Origin: Gracilinanus agilis
Taxonomy: Eukaryota
Direction of reading: 5' to 3'
Assembly (NCBI RefSeq): GCF_016433145.1
Contig: NC_058135.1
Coordinates: forward strand, 181,924,847-181,988,846
DNA length: 64,000 nucleotides
Under the pieces are notes generated by a model. It did not search any database, was not told where the DNA came from, and was given only the letters and a program-made list of their open reading frames with translations. The position numbers were made by a program, and so were the translations under genes. Positions 39,580-52,420 of the stretch are shown one piece after another (the stretch's first letter is position 1; each line of letters begins with the position of its first letter).

Positions 39580-41393
39580 TCTAGTAATATCCCAAATGCC
39601 CAATAGGCTCTCCCATAATTTTAACTTCAAGGATGAATGGTAACCCAGTAGCGTGGCTTTTGATCTGGCAACTCCCAATATTCCAGCAGCAACTCTATCA
39701 CACTTTTGCTTTAGCATATTAGCAGGAAGATAATCCAACAGTGATAAGCAAGGAGGGGATGCAGACAGCACTTATGACAGCATCAGCGATGCTTATTTCT
39801 ATTTTATCCTGGATTCTTTTTCTGTGCTGATGTTAAGAGTTGCCCTGCTGAACAATTTCTATGACTCAAATACTCAGAGAGGTCTCACCTTCCATAAAGG
39901 CTATATTTGACTTCACCCCAAATATCTAGATTTGCTTCAATACCATCTTTTCTGGATTGAGTTGGAAAGACAATTGTCTACAACGTACCTACATCTGCTG
40001 TTGCATGTTTATGCTAGGTAAAGATAATTCTTTCTGTCATCTGAAAAGTAGATCACAACAGGAGACAGAGTTGATCTGACTAATGGGTGTTGCTGAATGG
40101 TTTGAGAAGGATAGTTTAAATCATTCAGGGAAGTTAGTGACTTGTAAATGGTTATACAGCAAGTAAATAATAAAGGAATGAGACTGGATAAATAGAAGCC
40201 CTTTCTGGCTCTCTAAATCTATGGGCTTGGTTATCAAAAGGAGGATTTGAACCTGGCTTTCTACCTGACTCCAGGTTACAGTACTCTCTCCACTGCACCC
40301 CACTGCCTCTTCTGAGTAGATCCATCAGTTTGACACATGGCCACGTCTTATAGAATACTGTATGACTTTGAACAAGTTACTTTACTTAGAATATCAACTT
40401 TCACATCTAGAAAACATTGATCTATGACTGAAGCTTATTATAATCTTTAAATAATTAAATCTCAGGGCCTATGACTCTGGGTTGAGAGGTGTGATAATAT
40501 GGCAAGGCATTACTGTATGTATTATCCATCTACTTTAAAATATTCAGTATCATTATGTCTTTAAAATGTTCTTAGGAATTATGTTGATTATACATGAGCA
40601 TGTTCTGAGTGATTCCAGGAATGTAAATGATGGCTTGGTTGGCTAACTCCGGCTTGAATTACTTGAAGAAAGATAAGCCAGAGGAGAGTGATGAAAAGTT
40701 TAAAATCTTCCAACCTCTATAGGCAACTGTCATTTCATTTTATATTCTTTGGATAATGGGCAATTGCAGCAAAGTCTGCTGCCTCAAAGTTTTGAAGTAG
40801 AATTGGAACATTTCCTCAGCCTCCCCTTCATTCCTATTACAACCAACACACTACTCTCTGAGGATTTAAGAGCTACTACTTGTCACCTTTATATCCCCAA
40901 TCAGGAAGGAAACACACATACCACAGCGTTTAATCATTAAAAGATTTGAATTACGTTCTCCTTAAGGATGCATATTTTATCAATAGAATGAGACAAAGTA
41001 TCATTTCCTATATTTTAATATACTTGTGTCTATAATTTGTACAGGTTTATGAGTAACTTTCAGAATAACTTGGGTTCCTTATTGATAACAAAATTGCAGT
41101 TTCCTCTCCTTGTTCTTTTTTTCCAATTCATGAATACAATGATAAATACAATGTCCCCTAAAATTCCTATCTTGTTGCCTCATTATTCTGTGCTTCCTCT
41201 GTTCCCAGAGACATAGTTTTAAAGTATGTTCTGCATGAAAGCTAGTTGTTTAAGACTGTATGGTTAACTAGAAATTCTATGGCTCTCGAGTCAGAAAACT
41301 TAGTGTTAGTCCCAGATATACTGCTTCCTGGATGTGGGATTATAGGTAAGTCCCTAAACTTGTCTATGTCTTGTTTTCCTCAAAAAGAAATGT

Positions 41394-42525
41394 GGGCGAT
41401 GACCCTGTTCAGACTGTGTCCATTCCCTTCTTCTTTCCTTCCCTCCCTCCATGATGATGAGCCAATGCTAAGACTCAGCTGTTGCCCTTCCCGAAATAAC
41501 CAGCTGAGTGAAGCCAGGATTTTGGATGGGCACTGGGTGCCTCTTTTCCTGCCAGTGCCAGGAGTTTCAAGCCTTCCTCAACCTTCTAGAGGACACCTAC
41601 CTTCAGCAATTCTTTGCTAGAGATCTATGTTTTCAAATCTCTGATAGGAATCTCTTGGCAATGGCCCTGACTTACTTCTAAAAAGCTCACCTGCAGCTCA
41701 GTGACTATACCCACAGCAACCTCTTCCTAGCCTTGTATAGAGAGAATGACATGAAGGAAGACAAAGAGAACACAGAACATGAGATTTCACCCTGGACCTT
41801 GGGACGGAGTTGGTAGAAGCTTGTGTCCATCTTCCTTCACCAGAGTGACCAGTTGTGGGCACGGATGGGCTACCTTGTCTGCTGTGAGTTGGCATTGTTA
41901 TAAAGAGACAATTGCAAAAGAACCATCCCATTAGGCTTAGGCTAGGCAATGGCCAGTCCATAATGGCAGGGGTCATCAAGGCTCCCCTAGGGGGACCAGA
42001 CTGCCCTTCTGTCATGTCCCATGTCTCAAGACTCTGTTCACTGGGCTGTTCCATTTGTTGCTATTGAGCCTAGTGGGGCCATTCTCCATTTCTTCCCAAA
42101 CAGCCTTCTTTTCCCCAAGCAGAACTCCCTTAAACAGCATTCCCCTCCTCGCCCAGCAGCAATCCCCTGAATGCCCTCCTCCAACACAGTTGCTTTCTAT
42201 GCCTTCTTAGGCCCTTTGACATGGTAAATTTTCCCTCATCCTCCCTATAATGCTGCTACTATAACCTGAAACCTATACATTGCAAATCATGCCAGAGCTG
42301 GCCGCTGCTGCCTCCCATGGTTCTTGGCAGTCAGGGACTGTGTTGTTCTTGTGTGGGGTGACTCTCCTCCCTGGCTTCAGGAAAGCATAGGTAGTGCTCT
42401 TGTCTTTTTTCCTTCTTTCTTCAACTTCCTGGTTATTAAGTTTCAGTTTTTGTTGCTGTAGAGTTCCTATCTTTCTTGACATCACAGTGGTCTTGGTTTC
42501 TTCTTTAATAAATTGGAAAAGAGAA
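41394..42525 (+). pseudogene. SPDYC: Full-length processed pseudogene of Speedy/RINGO protein C
   Basis: From ATG 41451: QEFQAFLNLLEDTYLQQFFARDLCFQISDRNLLAMALTYF*KAHLQLSDYTHSNLFLALYRENDMKED..EISPWTLGRSW*..FLHQSDQLWARMGY, then one frameshift, KEPSH*A*..LILP...PETYTLQIMP. This matches recalled human SPDYC (QEVQAFLSLLEDSFVQEFLSKDPCFQISDKYLLAMVLVYFQRAHLKLSEYTHSSLFLALYLANDMEED). No introns; AATAAA at 42507; A-rich tail; 12-bp TSD aaaaagaaatgt (41382-41393 / 42526-42537). Confidence 0.93.
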
Positions 42526-43199
42526 AAAAAGAAATGTTTTCTATGTAGCTCCCTCTTTAGAAGTAAAGAGGGGATTCATTGAGCCAACATGAAAAAGCAG
42601 GAGATATGACGTTATTCCAGAGAATGTATTTGGGGCATGTCAGCTTCATGGCATAACGTGACATCAATAACTGACATTTTTATAGCACTTTAATGATGGC
42701 AAAGTGCTTTTAATTGGGTATGGTGTTTTGGCTTTCATAAAAAAACATTAGGTTATTGCTACAGATATTATTAGCCCCTTTTTACAGATGAGAAAACTAG
42801 TAGGTCAGAGAAGTTAATTGGTTTGCTCATAGTCATTCAACTAAGTGTAAGATGCAAGATTTAAAGTCCTGTCTCCAAATCCAGTTATTCTTCTGCATGA
42901 CCATTCTGATTTTTACTTGTGCTAATTAATGTTGAGAGAGATGACATTTCGAGAAGGTATCTTGAGGGGCGAGAGGGGAAATGGGTAGGGATTTTCTAGA
43001 TCTGGGCACATGAAATGTGTAGGAGTAGACATTTTTGGTTCTCTTAACTGTCCAAATAATCCTTCTCGGTTTTAGTTTCTAGATTTTCATTAGGGTTAGG
43101 CTACTAACAGTGGGTGTCCCCTTTCCCCAAAAAGCCTGTCCTGGGTCCCCTTTTCTTTTTTCTCTAACATGTTTTGCTTATTGATTTCATCAGATTCAG

Positions 43200-44110
43200 T
43201 AAAGTCAATTGCAATCTCTATGCAAGTTGTTCTCAAATCTATTTATCCAGCCCTAACATCTCTTCCTGACCTTCTGTCTCTCATCACCAACTGTCTATTG
43301 GATATGTTGAATTGATTGTCCTCTAGCAGTTGAAACTTGAAATGTCCAAAAAATACTCATTATCTTTATACATACCTTCCCCTTTCTCCAATTTCCTTAT
43401 TACTACAGAGGGTAAAACAATCCTGCCAGTGACCCAGACTCACAACCTAGGCATAATCCTCAATTCCCTTCTTTCATTTTAGATATCTAAGATGTTGCTA
43501 ACATCATTTTTTAACTTTCAAATAATTTATGATTTACATATCCATTGTAATCTCACTGCTACCATAATGGTGTAAGTCTTTATGCCTTGACTAATGCAAT
43601 AGTCTGCTATTTGGTCTCCCTCCCTAAAGTCTCTTCCAACTCCAGTTTATTCCCTATTCAGCTGCCAAACTGAACTTTCTCTATCTGAAAAAGTCACTAC
43701 CACTGCTGGCAACTCCTACTCAACAAATTCCAGTGATTCCCTATTATTTCTAGGATCAAATAGAAAAACCTCTGACTTTTAAAACCCTCCTTCCCTTNNN
43801 NNNNNNNNNNNNNNNNNNNNNNNNNNNNNNNNNNNNNNNNNNNNNNNNNNNNNNNNNNNNNNNNNNNNNNNNNNNNNNNNNNNNNNNNNNNNNNNNNNNN
43901 NNNNNNNNNNNNNNNNNNNNNNNNNNNNNNNNNNGCCCCTTCACTGCTAGAGCCTTTGCTCTGAAATTAGCTCCATTTATAATGTATGTATATAGTTGTT
44001 TGCAAATTACATTTTTAGTCTGATTCTGAGATCTATAAGGTCAAAGATCTGCCTGTTTTATTATTTGTTTTGTTTTGTATTTTTTGCTTTTCTTGTATCC
44101 TCAGTAGTTA
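43200..44110 (+). mobile_element. L2 3' region spanning a gap
   Basis: gatttc...caaatctatttatccagccctaac...aaacttgaaatgtccaaa...cagctgccaaactgaactttct. Confidence 0.7.
43798..43934. other. Assembly gap
   Basis: Run of N. Confidence 1.
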
Positions 44111-44409
44111 ATAATGTCTGATATATTATAGAGATTTATAAATACTTGGTGGTAATGTTACTTTCAAAATTACAATTACTGTGAAGAAGTAAAGAAAAAA
44201 ACCTATGGCTTTCATTACATAATTTTTAAAATCCTTACTTAGTATTACTTCTAAGACAGAAAAGCAGCAAGGGCTAGACAATGAGTTAACTGACTTACCC
44301 AGGGTCACACAGCTAGGAAATATCTGAGGTCAGATTTGAATCCAAGTTCTCCTGTTCCAGGCCTGGCACTCTATCCACTATGCTAACTAGCTACCCCAAG
44401 TTATGTAAT

Positions 44410-44930
44410 TCTAACATTAAGGAACCATTACTTCATCCAGAAACCATGTCAGCATTCCATGAGGAAAGAATACAATACTGATGAATTTTTCAACACAGCC
44501 AAATTTCGCTAAGATCTTCCACAAGCCCATGTGAATGACAATATCAAAAGCCTTGGTCAGGTCAATAAATGTTTTGTGTAGACCTCTGTTCTGTGCCTGG
44601 TATTTCTCCTGGGACTGCTGGGCAGCAAACATCTTATCAACCCTTCTTCAGATCTTTCTGAAGCCAAATGGCATCAGGTAGATGACCATCTTGCAGGTGA
44701 AAGATCAGTCAATCAAAGAAGACACTGGCATGAATCTTGCCAGCAGTGACTAAGAGAGAGATTCTCCTGTTTCCTTTTCCTTTATAGAGACAAACCCTGG
44801 AGGTTTCCATGATGTCCTGGAGGATAACCTCCTCTTGCCATTCAACTTAGAAGAGTTCAATCAGCTCCTACCTTGTGGATCTCTGCTGGAATGGAATTAG
44901 CACCATGTGCTTTGCCATGGGAGAGGACCC
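44410..44930 (-). mobile_element. RTE-clade LINE reverse-transcriptase fragment
   Basis: GKAHGANSIPAEIHKVG..QEEVI..LYKGKGNR.ISLLVTAGKI..QEKYQAQNRGLHKTFIDLTKAFDIV..GLWKILAKFGC. Confidence 0.9.
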
Positions 44931-47900
44931 TAATGGGTATGGATATATGTATGCATATGCATATATGGGCATATGCACATGAGCCCATATAAATATATAA
45001 TTATATATATATATTATACACGTATACACATACACATTTATGTGATTGAAAGAAACATCTAAAAGGTCTCTAGTTCACTTTAGATCATTTATTTGGTATC
45101 TACAAATAACACTCTAATAGAAACTATGATAGATACTAAAGGAAAATATTTTTATATGTGTGTGTATATGTATGTATATAGCACAGATATATCCCTAAAA
45201 AGCAAGGAGAACAAATAGAAAAGATACCATTAGTGAAATTAACATATTTATTATAATAATTTAAGCTTTGATTAATGCTTTCTTCAGAACAATTCTATCA
45301 GCTAGATAATGCAAACATCTTTATTCCCATTTTAAGAATGAGGAGACTAAGACTCTCAGAGGTTAACTGAGTTAGATATGAACAAATTATCATTGGTATC
45401 TGAGGGAGGATTCAGCTTCAGATGCCCTTAATTCACCTCCAGTCTAATATAATGCAGTCTAAAAGTCATTGATTAACCAAGAATCCTCTACATCAAGACA
45501 CTCTGTTAAACACCCAGGGCTACAAAGACAAAACAAAAAAGATTCCCCTCCCCCTTGCTCAGGAGCTTAACCCACTCTCAAGAAACCAAAGATGCAAAGA
45601 TGAAAGCAGTAAACAAATGCTAAGGAGATTAAAATTATGGTGAGGCTAGTATACTGGAAAATATTTTTTGGAAGAGCTAAATCTGGATCTTGAAGGAAGT
45701 GATTACTGTTACATGTTTCTTTTCTTTTTTTTATTTCATCTAAGTTATTTTGTTTCCTTATTTTGAAAAAGTCCAAAGGGCAACTAGTCAAGCATCAATA
45801 TTTCCATTTGACACATGAAGATATTCCATCTCTCTGAGCTTTCATAACTAGATTTTTGTAAGAAAAACTTCTGCATTTGACTTCACAATGCAAATATGCA
45901 TGTGTGCTATAACCAAGTAACTCAGAAATCTAGTGGGGATTTTGAGGAGAAGGCCAAGAGGTCAGTGTCAACTTGGAGAAGATGACGATTTAATTAGAAG
46001 GTAGGAGAAAGAAAGATTCTGCTCGGGAAGCATGAGTCACAGGCACCAAACTGTACTGTACTGATTAAGAGTTAGGCTACAGCTAATTCCTGTTTTGTTT
46101 TGTTTAAAAATCCCTTTTAAAAATTTCTTTGTTAGATTTTTAATTAGATGTCCTTGGGATTACTTACGATGGGAAAAGAAAGCATGAATACATATACCAT
46201 AAGCATATCAGTTGGTAAAGCGTTTTCTATTTTCGAGACGTACCTACTATAGAAATATCTTCTCATTGTTTGTCAAAGTACCAGCTTCCAGATGATGCTT
46301 TTAAGATTTGTTACTGCAGTTCCTGTACTTGACACCAGATGGCAATATGGAACTTTTTCTCTTAATAGGAGCCAAAGGAAAATGAAGGAAATTAAAACAT
46401 AAAGTGAAAGTATACTTTTGCCTAAATCTGGCATTCGTTTCTGCTTTTTAAAGACAGCGACCACTATTGTTTAATGCGCATTGCAGTTATATGCAGATTT
46501 CAGTGACCACTCCCCTTCTTCAGTGCAGCTGAGTAACTAAATCAGTTCCCCCTGGTTAAAAAGTCTAGGAAGTCCTGGATTTCACAAGGAGATACTAAAT
46601 TCTCTTAGAGCCCCATGCCATAAATACCCACACGCTACGACTTCTAAAATTCTCCCTTAGATGCAAGTTAGCCCCATTCTGGTTCATTTCAGGCATTCGC
46701 TAAATTGAGCTTTTATTTGTGGATGCTACGACTTGATGTTTTTCATCATCTGCCTAGTTTTCATTTAAAAACGAGTGCACAGATAAGAGTTTAAAACCAC
46801 GTGCTAATATTACCCTTAAATCTCGGTCTTTTCTCATCTTTATAGATTCTGAAAAAGTAGAGGCAATGCAGAGAAATCCTACATGGAAGGAGATCTGTTT
46901 TTTAGGACAATTTTAAGAATCTACCCTAGATGGGTAAAAGAACAGAGCAACATTAAGATTAAAAACAAACAACAATCTGCCTTCTCTTCAGTTTTCTTCG
47001 TCCATGTGTTCAGTTTCTCTTTCTTTAAAATAATGGATTTCGTCTTTGGTACAGAAAATAGTATTTTCCATTACAGTAAGAACAAGATTGCTTTGCTATG
47101 TATTTGGATGTTAATATCAGCAATCCAGACTCACAGTGACAAAATAAAGAAAGTAAAGGCACATTTTTTTCTTTTACAGTTTAAATTCATTATTTTCACG
47201 GACAGAATAATGGAATATTAGGCTTCTGTAACAAAATTATATTCGCCTTGGGGAGATTTCAGTTAATATACTATTCATGCATATATTCACTCATTCATAG
47301 ACTAAAAATATTTATTAAGCACCTACTATATGCAATAATAAAGCATATGCCCCATTTAAAAACTACTGCCTTTCTCAACTGCAGCAGGTACTAATTTAAA
47401 AGCTGCACATTTTTGTGTGAGGAAATATATTTTTGGAAATAGTCTCCCTAAATAGTTTATGTTGGAATAATCACATTTAGCCCTTCAGGGTATATAATGC
47501 TTTATGGAATAGCAGTCTAGGGAAACCAAACAAATGGAAAAAAAAATAGAATGGGCACTTAAAAATTTTTGCTATTATAAAATCCATAATTGTTTTTCTA
47601 ACAAAATAAACAAACTATTTTCACTCTGTTTATTCATTATATCACAGAGTCTAAAGAATGACTAAAATACCACTGACTTTTAGTTATGTAACTTGAAAGT
47701 AAGAATGGTAGATGTCTCTCAAACTATAAAAAGACATAATAAAAGGTTTTCCTTCCACTTGACATTCTATAAATAGACCTTCTATAATGAGAGCTTTTTA
47801 AGATAAAAGAAAACAAGACATACTGCTTATTTGGATGTTTTGGTAGAATCAAGTAAAGGTTACAAGAGAAATAAGTTAATGGACTGAAGTTTATAGCTGT

Positions 47901-48671
47901 GTGTATAACTGTCAAATCTTTCTGTAAATTACCTTTCTCTTCTGCTGGCTGGAATGCAAAAATCCAATAAACTGTTAATAAAAACGGAAAGGTCATATGT
48001 AAATATCACAGATCTTGAAAATGAACCAGAAAAGATGATAGTTTGCACAAAAATATCATTTCATATTCTGTTTCATTGTATTTCAAATGTGATTTGAGTT
48101 GCTATATGCATTGCCTTAAAAAAAATGAGTGGAAAAAGTTTCTATTAAAAAGAGATTAGCTTCCCATCTGAAAACAGGAGTTTGAGTACTAATTGGCTGT
48201 TGGTTTCTGCAACTTCAGAAGAATTGCAAACAATTAAACGCTTTGATATTTTCTCTGATTAAGCAAACTCCTAATAGGGCCTCGTGGAATTATTCCAGTT
48301 AACTCTGAGAGAGCAAAATCTGTATGGGGTGTACCCATGTGATGGGAAGTTCATTGCTAAGGGCCTAGGAGGCTCTTCTTCAGCCTGCAGTCAGACACCT
48401 CACAATCCTGTATTAGCTGGCCAGCTTCCTGAGTTTAGAGGGAGACAGAAGCTAAAGAACCTAGAACAGCAGGAGTATGTGTTCTCTCAAATAGTTTGTC
48501 CCTCTCCTCCATTCATCCAAAGGCAAGATAGCTTTCTGGAAGCTGATTTGAAAGTTGTACTCTCATAAAGGGAATGCTTTCTGACCTCAGGGGAAACTTG
48601 GTTTGAAGGCTGGCTGGCTTTGATGTGGCCATGCATGATGCCTCTTGATCTCCAATCTCTAGAATTTAAGA

Positions 48672-48719
<48 letters not shown>

Positions 48720-49085
48720 NNNNNNNNNNNNNNNNNNNNNNNNNNNNNNNNNNNNNNNNNNNNNNNNNNNNNNNNNNNNNNNNNNNNNNNNNNNNNNNNN
48801 NNNNNNNNNNNNNNNNNNNNNNNNNNNNNNNNNNNNNNNNNNNNNNNNNNNNNNNNNNNNNNNNNNNNNNNNNNNNNNNNNNNNNNNNNNNNNNNNNNNN
48901 NNNNNNNNNNNNNNNNNNNNNNNNNNNNNNNNNNNNNNNNNNNNNNNNNNNNNNNNNNNNNNNNNNNNNNNNNNNNNNNNNNNNNNNNNNNNNNNNNNNN
49001 NNNNNNNNNNNNNNNNNNNNNNNNNNNNNNNNNNNNNNNNNNNNNNNNNNNNNNNNNNNNNNNNNNNNNNNNNNNNNNNNNNNNN
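48720..49085. other. Assembly gap flanked by (TA)n and (GAAA)n microsatellites
   Basis: Run of N; (TA)n at about 48670-48719, (GAAA)n at about 49086-49128. Confidence 1.
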
Positions 49086-49124
<39 letters not shown>

Positions 49125-51562
49125 AAATTTTAAGGTTAAAGGAAAGTGGAGTCTTTTTCACTTTAAAAACCTTGCTGTCTCCCTGTGATCACTTTTCAAT
49201 CAGACAATGGAAAACAATTTAGTTAGTGCTCAGCTTAATTGGTCTGCTTCTACACTTTGACCTCCAGGGCTTCACTTACATATTCCATGCAATATGCTTG
49301 TACAATTATCTGCCTCTTTAGGATGCACATTTATCATGATTTTGTGCATGCCTGTCTGGTTCAATCACTGTTAAATATTCTGGCCTCCTTTTAGAGAGGG
49401 GATCAGTGTTCTGAGCACTAGAAAAGAGGACTTAAGGTTTAGAGCTGGAAAGGACCTTAGAGATTATAATGTGTAACTCCTTATTTTCCATGTGAGGAAA
49501 AGGGTCCTGCAAGGGAAGTAGCTGGCTCAAGCTCACAGAAATAAGGGAAAAGCTGAGCTGAGATTTGAACCTATGTCTCCTGACTTCAACTCTTGTGCTT
49601 TTTTCCACTTTACCACATGACCCCTCAGTTAATCACTCAAAAGAAAGACAAGAAGAGCACATAAAGGGCAGTGAAGTGAAGGCATATGAAATTTTTTTTT
49701 GGACAATTACTTTATTCAGATACGATATTAAGATAAATATTGTGTAGTAAAACCTAATTGGTCCAATATTAGTCAATTTCCAAAGAATATATAATTAAAA
49801 GCAAATGAAATTGCTTACTAACTGGTTGCCCTATTTGTGTTTAATAGATATATTAGATAATATAAATGTGGTAAATTAAAAACTTATTTTTTGGCCTCTT
49901 TTCATTGAAAATTACTGTACTAATAAAATGCTACTTAGTAAAACTAGTTTTGAAGAATTTCTTCCTATAGACTATTATTATGTGAAAAGTGTTAAGTCTG
50001 GGATATGCAACAAATTTGGGTAAGTTCTTATATATACCCAAATGTATTTGGGAAAACTTAATAAGTGCTTTAAAATAAAATTAAAGCCTCTCATTGAAAA
50101 ATTGCCCTTAATCTTGTAAAGATTTTCACACTGAGAAAAGAGTTGGTAAAATATATTTTGAAAATGCTCATCCAGTTTTCTTCTAGCCTCCAATTTACTC
50201 CCTAGGAGGAAGATTGACTTCAATAGAATATCCCCAAGGCCTTGGAAGGAGATAATACATTTCCCCAAAGTATCAGTGCTTCCTGAGGAGTAACCCTAGC
50301 AGTGAAAGCCAGTATTTGTTGGTTAATTTGTTGGTCTATTTATTCTCCTTTATCTAGCTCCTGTCTTTTTGCTTTTAGTGTCTCTGATTATATAGCTTTT
50401 ATGTGTATGTCTTATTTGGAACTAGTAAGACAATATTGAGTTTAGAGTCACAGGACTTAGGTTCAAGTTATGGCTTTGCTACTTACTGTAATCTTAAAGA
50501 GTAAGTCATTAAACCTACACTGTCTCAATTTCCTTAACCTTAAACTCTAGTTATGAATAACATTACCTATTTTGCAGGGTTTTTGTTGTTGTTATTTTTA
50601 AAACAATAAAGTTTTGTTCACATGTTAGCTTCCCTTTTAATTGTTTCTATAAGAAATGTATGTATAATGTTTTATTTTGTTTTGTTTCAAATATATGTAC
50701 ACACATACATATATTTGTCATGTTTTTCATAGATGTTCAAATTTATAAAAGTTCATGAAGATGGGGCTTCCTAATTTCTAATGTTCTTACAAGTTCTACA
50801 TATTTTCTCATTCAACTTTTCTGATCACTAGCCCCATCTTGTTTAACAGAGAAAACAAGTGAGAGTTTCTACACATCCTTAAAGTTCATAGATAGAAGTA
50901 TTAGCAAGACAAAGACTAAGGAAACTGATGTCCTGGCAACTAAGTTGTCCCAGGTTGAAATTTCAGTTCTTCTACTTACAATTCATATTTTCTTGGGTAG
51001 ATCATTTAATCTCTCAGTCCCTTAAATTTTTCATCTGTAAAATGAGTGGGTTAGACTAGAGACTTACTATGGTTCCTTCTGATTCTCTATGATCCTATGA
51101 ATAGTGAATTCAGATATTTTCATACCAGACCAGGGCTCTTTATACATAATAACTATACTTTTATTTTATTCTTGCTCTGTACAAAAATTATTCAAATTTA
51201 TTCTGTTTTCTACTGTCTTTGTAATGATTTCTTCTGTCTTTGTAATTATGTTTTCTCCTTCATTGCAAAGAGTACTTTGTGTCAACTTTTTCTATTCACT
51301 TTCAGTCATCACATATATCTAATCAGATGACAAATCTTATCAATTCTACCTCCATAATATCTATTACATCTGTCCCTTTCTTTTTATCTACAGTGCCACA
51401 CACCAGTTCGGGTTTTCAATACCTCTAGAATGTTTTTTTAGTATTCTAATTCCTTCAAGAACTCCTTTATTTTATACTCCCCCAAGTTTTGTGAAGCATG
51501 ATATACACATAGGGCATCGGAGTTAGAAAGTTAGGATTCAAATCTTGGATTGAAATCCTACC

Positions 51563-51890
51563 TGTAAAAAGGAAATTGGAAGAAACCATCTAAAAATGTA
51601 TATATTTCTATGGACAAGGGAAATGTATCAAAACTACATTTCCCGTGATCCAACATGGTCCAACTGGTTTCCGTTTCCGACGTCTTGAGGCAGGGGAGCG
51701 CTTAAATCTCCCGGGTTAGGAGGGAGTGGTCTCTTCTTTGGCGAGTAGGGCTTGGCTAGGAGGCAGTATGGAGGCGGCAGTTTTGAATGCTTACAAGCGC
51801 GTGGTCTAATGATTTTATCTATCAACATGGCTTTAATTAAAATACTAATTTATATATTGATCCAAGCCTTTATCATTTTTAATATTTATA
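51563..51890 (+). mobile_element. Solo LTR (328 bp), same family as 1328-1680, inserted in a MIR-like SINE
   Basis: TGTAAA...TTATA ends; 4-bp TSD TACC/TACC; SINE head upstream and core downstream. Confidence 0.85.
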
Positions 51891-52029
51891 TACCTCAGAT
51901 ATTTACTAGAACCCTGGTAACCTTGTCACCAGGTACTTAGGTGACCCTGAGCAAAATATTTAATCTCTCTGTGACTTCCCATCCTCATCTGTAAATTAAG
52001 GGAATTGTTCTCAAAAGTCTCTAAGATCC

Positions 52030-52420
52030 TTTCTTGCTCTAAATCAATTATTATCTGTAATTTTACCACTCAAGCACTTCTTGCCTCCACTATTGAAAAA
52101 GACTTTTAATTAGTCTCCTTATCTCATTTTCTCTCCAATCCATTCTCCATATCATCATCATAGTGATTTTCCTAAATATTTCCTGACCATGTTATTCCAC
52201 TCAATGAACTTCATTGACTTCATATGACTTCTAGAATAAAATATGAACTCCTCATCATTTAAATATCTTCATATCCTCATCTCAGAATGTTTCCAGAATT
52301 ATTACTTCCCCTCAAATTCCAATCAATAAGTCTATAAGATGTTAATTGATTCAAATAGGATGATATTTATAAGTGCACTGACTACAGTATCTGGCACATA
52401 GTAGGCATTACTTAAGTTCT
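52030..52420 (+). mobile_element. L2 3' fragment
   Basis: agtgattttcctaaat...; tail cagtatctggcacatagtaggcattact. Confidence 0.65.

Noticed and set aside
44951-44962. Perfect POU MORE palindrome ATGCATATGCAT
   Set aside because: Embedded in a degenerate (TA/TG)n microsatellite where such words arise readily
48284-48568. 94-aa ORF in non-repeat DNA
   Set aside because: Non-ATG start, no recognisable homology and no convincing splice signals
48487-49222. Long ORFs of 200+ aa in the track (also those at 2114-2693, 37429-37743 and 43756-43944)
   Set aside because: They are open only because they run through N gaps or microsatellites
1328-51890. Two co-oriented homologous LTRs as the ends of one 50-kb provirus or composite element
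   Set aside because: Each has its own distinct TSD and no gag/pol/env lies between them
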